From contig OZ242358.1 in NCBI GenBank assembly GCA_965208835.1, forward strand, positions 2,912,001-2,976,000: a stretch of 64,000 nucleotides of DNA, read 5' to 3'. Position numbers and translations under genes: made by a program. The first letter of the stretch is position 1. Every line of letters starts with the position of its first letter. This DNA comes from Candidatus Latescibacterota bacterium (lineage in GTDB: Bacteria > Latescibacterota > UBA2968 > GCA-2709665). The notes under the pieces were generated by a model. The model had not been told where the DNA came from. It did no database searches and saw nothing but the letters and a program-made list of their open reading frames with translations. Shown here piece after piece: positions 61,608 to 64,000 of the stretch.

Positions 61608-62381
61608 ATGGGAACAGTCAGCGAACTATCGTCGGAAGGAGATAACACCGTTCCCCGGACACATACGCTCGATACGATCGGCCGAGACCTGAGAGCGCTT
61701 GGCGTCGAACCGGGGGATACGCTCTTCATTCATTCGTCCTTCAAGAGCCTCGGACGGGTCGACGGTGGCGCGCTTACCGTCGTTAGAGCCCTTGAGAACG
61801 CGACGAATCCGGGCGGCCTCATCCTGATGCCCTCATTCAATCTCCTGGAGGACAACCGGTTGCGCGCCGAGACCTGGGACCCGGATACCACACCCTCGAC
61901 GGTGGGTTGGCTCACCGAGTTCTTCCGCACGCTGCCCGGTACGTATCGCTCCGACCACTACTCCCATTCCGTCGCCGCCCGCGGCACAAACGCCCGGGCG
62001 TTCGTTGAGGGCCACCGCGAAAGAAGCGGGCGTTCTTCTCCGTGGGACCGTGACCCGTGGGGCAAGACTTACGGCGACAATTCACCTATGGTCCGCGCGT
62101 ATGGGGCCGGCGGCAAGGTGCTCATGCTGGGCGTGACGTACGAAACCTCCACCTACATGCATCTTGTTGAAGTCATCTGCTGGCACCGGCGCCTCGAGAA
62201 CGAACCGGATGCCGCCTATGGAAGGATCAACCGACCGGCGATGGGGGCATTCTGGGAACAAAACGGCGAGCTCAACCGGGGGCCGGTGGGCGATGCCGGA
62301 TGCCGGCTCTTCCCCATCCGGGCCTATGTGGACACGCTTGTCGAGGAGGTGGAAGGACGGCCGGAGGCCTATTTCAAATAG
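61608..62381 (+). CDS. AAC(3)/YokD family N-acetyltransferase
   Basis: LGVEPGDTLFIHSSFKSLG, RSDHYSHS, TYMHLVE. Confidence 0.88.
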   Translation: MGTVSELSSEGDNTVPRTHTLDTIGRDLRALGVEPGDTLFIHSSFKSLGRVDGGALTVVRALENATNPGGLILMPSFNLLEDNRLRAETWDPDTTPSTVGWLTEFFRTLPGTYRSDHYSHSVAARGTNARAFVEGHRERSGRSSPWDRDPWGKTYGDNSPMVRAYGAGGKVLMLGVTYETSTYMHLVEVICWHRRLENEPDAAYGRINRPAMGAFWEQNGELNRGPVGDAGCRLFPIRAYVDTLVEEVEGRPEAYFK

Positions 62382-62484
62382 GCCGTTTCCGGCCGGGCTA
62401 CACGTCGGTCGAAACAGGACAATCCAATTCCGGGACGAACACCGGACCGAACCAGCCGCAGGCAGGATCCTGAAGGAGGTTTTC

Positions 62485-62730
62485 GTGACGTCAGCACAAG
62501 CTGCATCGCTGAGGAACGCATTGGAAGCGATGATGGAAGCCATTGAAAAAAGGGAACCGATCGCGGACCACCTGCACCATCTGGCTACGCTCCACCGTAA
62601 ACTGGCCCCCTTCACGTCACGGCAACTGGATCACTTCCTGAAGAACAGAAGCTATACCAAGGCGCTGGAATACCTCCGCGACGGTGTCGTCATCGAGGAC
62701 CCGGACCGCCCCGACTGCGACGATACATAA
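62485..62730 (+). CDS. Small hypothetical protein
   Basis: GTG start with GGAGG RBS; LDHFLKNRSYTKALEYL. Confidence 0.6.
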   Translation: MTSAQAASLRNALEAMMEAIEKREPIADHLHHLATLHRKLAPFTSRQLDHFLKNRSYTKALEYLRDGVVIEDPDRPDCDDT

Positions 62731-62853
62731 TCCCACCTGTGCGCCACCCGCTGTTCCACCCATCCAGGATCGGTCACGGGAGAACCGGCGCGACGGCCGA
62801 CCGGGTCCCGCCGCGCCCCCACGATCCTCAGCTCCGTGCAGAAAGGCTCCGCT

Positions 62854-63621
62854 ATGGTAAAGAGCATACGCCGACGCGCGCTTGAGCGCGAAGTCGTTGC
62901 AGGGACGTTCCTGAACCTGGGGTCCGCCGTCACGGCCGAGATCGCCGGGAAGAGCGGTCTGGACTGGGTCCTGATCGACATCGAACACGGCGCGTCGGAC
63001 CTGGAAACGCTTCGAGTCCAGCTTCAGGTGGTCTCGGGAACGCCCGCCGTGCCCATCGTGCGTATCGCGGCCAACGAACCCCCCAGATTCAAACGTGTCC
63101 TGGATATGGGCGCTTCGGGAGTCATGGTACCTTATGTGAGTACGGTGGCAGAGGCGGAGCAGGCCGTGGCTTCGAGCCGCTATCCCCCGCGAGGTATCCG
63201 GGGCGTTGCAAAATTGAACCGGGGCAGCGAGTTCGGACGGGACTTCGACGAATATTTCAGTAAGTCCCACGAGTTGCTGACGACGGTCGTGCAGATTGAA
63301 ACCCCGGAAGCCGTGAACGCCATTGACGACATCGCCGCGGTAAACGGCGTGGACGTCCTGTTTATCGGCCCCCTCGACCTCAGCGTCAACCTGGGGATTC
63401 CGCAGCAGTTCGACCATCCCCGGTTTCTGGATGCCAGAACAAGGGTCTCACACGCCGCCAGACGGGCGGGCAAGGCCGCCGGTATACTGCTTCTGGACCC
63501 GGATCATCTCGACGCCGCGGTGCGGGACGGGTTCACCTTTATAGCACTCGGATCGGACGGCGGCCTCGTCGCGGCCGGCATGCAGAACGTCTCGGCCGCA
63601 TTCGATCCGCATACGGCGTAA
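62854..63621 (+). CDS. HpcH/HpaI aldolase family protein
   Basis: DWVLIDIEHG, YPPRGIRG, QIET, FIGPLDLS. Confidence 0.92.
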   Translation: MVKSIRRRALEREVVAGTFLNLGSAVTAEIAGKSGLDWVLIDIEHGASDLETLRVQLQVVSGTPAVPIVRIAANEPPRFKRVLDMGASGVMVPYVSTVAEAEQAVASSRYPPRGIRGVAKLNRGSEFGRDFDEYFSKSHELLTTVVQIETPEAVNAIDDIAAVNGVDVLFIGPLDLSVNLGIPQQFDHPRFLDARTRVSHAARRAGKAAGILLLDPDHLDAAVRDGFTFIALGSDGGLVAAGMQNVSAAFDPHTA

Positions 63622-63670
63622 CGGCGCACGAGGTGTGCATCGACCGGCGCCGGCGCGGAGAACGTCAGTC

Positions 63671-64000
63671 ATGAGCGATAGCGGGACATTGCGAAGGTCG
63701 ACGAACGCACGAGGGGTCTACGTCTTCGTGATGACGCCGATGAAGACCGCCCTGAACCGAAAGGGCGCATATCGGATCGATACGGGGGGCCTGGAGAAAA
63801 ACGCGCGTTATTTTGCAGGGATCAAGGGCCGGAAGACCCTCGTGATCTGCGGCGGATCGGGGGAATTCTACGCCCTGTCGCCATCCGAAGTCAAAGATCT
63901 GGCCGCGGCAGCGGTTGCGGGCGTCCGGGGGTCGTGCAGGATCGTTTGCGGCATCGGATGGAGCACGGGAAAAGCCGTGAAGATGGCGGAAAGTGCGCAA
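63671..64000 (+). CDS. DapA-family aldolase/dehydratase, 5' part only (runs off the window)
   Basis: MSDSG...VFVMTP...ICGGSGEFYALSPSE, matching the DHDPS/KdgD G.TGE motif. Confidence 0.75.
   Translation, partial: MSDSGTLRRSTNARGVYVFVMTPMKTALNRKGAYRIDTGGLEKNARYFAGIKGRKTLVICGGSGEFYALSPSEVKDLAAAAVAGVRGSCRIVCGIGWSTGKAVKMAESAQ

Noticed and set aside
61608-62381. Acquired aminoglycoside resistance gene
   Set aside because: YokD-like family members are common chromosomal genes; no mobile context, and substrate cannot be inferred

Overview
GC-rich bacterial chromosomal window of mostly housekeeping genes, with no CRISPR array, rRNA, integrase or transposase visible. Core genes: end of a MutS2/Smr gene, ispG, dnaG, tRNA-Ile2(CAU), HU, a GldAFG-type ABC system, ilvN-leuA-leuC-leuD-leuB-cimA-aminotransferase-argJ-aminotransferase-accA, comEC, truA-htrA-pssA-tatA-gatAB and a fused speD-speE. 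The gene content (DUF6785 protein, M28-FtsX giant permease, ankyrin/TPR/serpin proteins, many sugar-acid enzymes) suggests an uncultured Latescibacterota/Gemmatimonadota-like organism; this is inference only. The most unusual items are: (1) an ECF sigma factor fused to the two C-terminal domains of a DNA polymerase III beta sliding clamp (12971-14338); (2) a 1512-aa degenerate-M28-peptidase/FtsX permease next to a DUF6785 membrane protein and a TPR protein, with no ATPase nearby; (3) a candidate Ile/Leu/Val leader peptide with a ribosome-binding-site sequestration switch upstream of ilvN; (4) three non-autonomous IS-derived MITEs, two inserted exactly at stop codons; (5) a candidate structured sRNA behind a near-consensus orphan sigma70 promoter; (6) an ECF/anti-sigma module divergent from a serpin, with ECF-type promoters on both sides; (7) an oxidoreductase broken by a single in-frame TAG.
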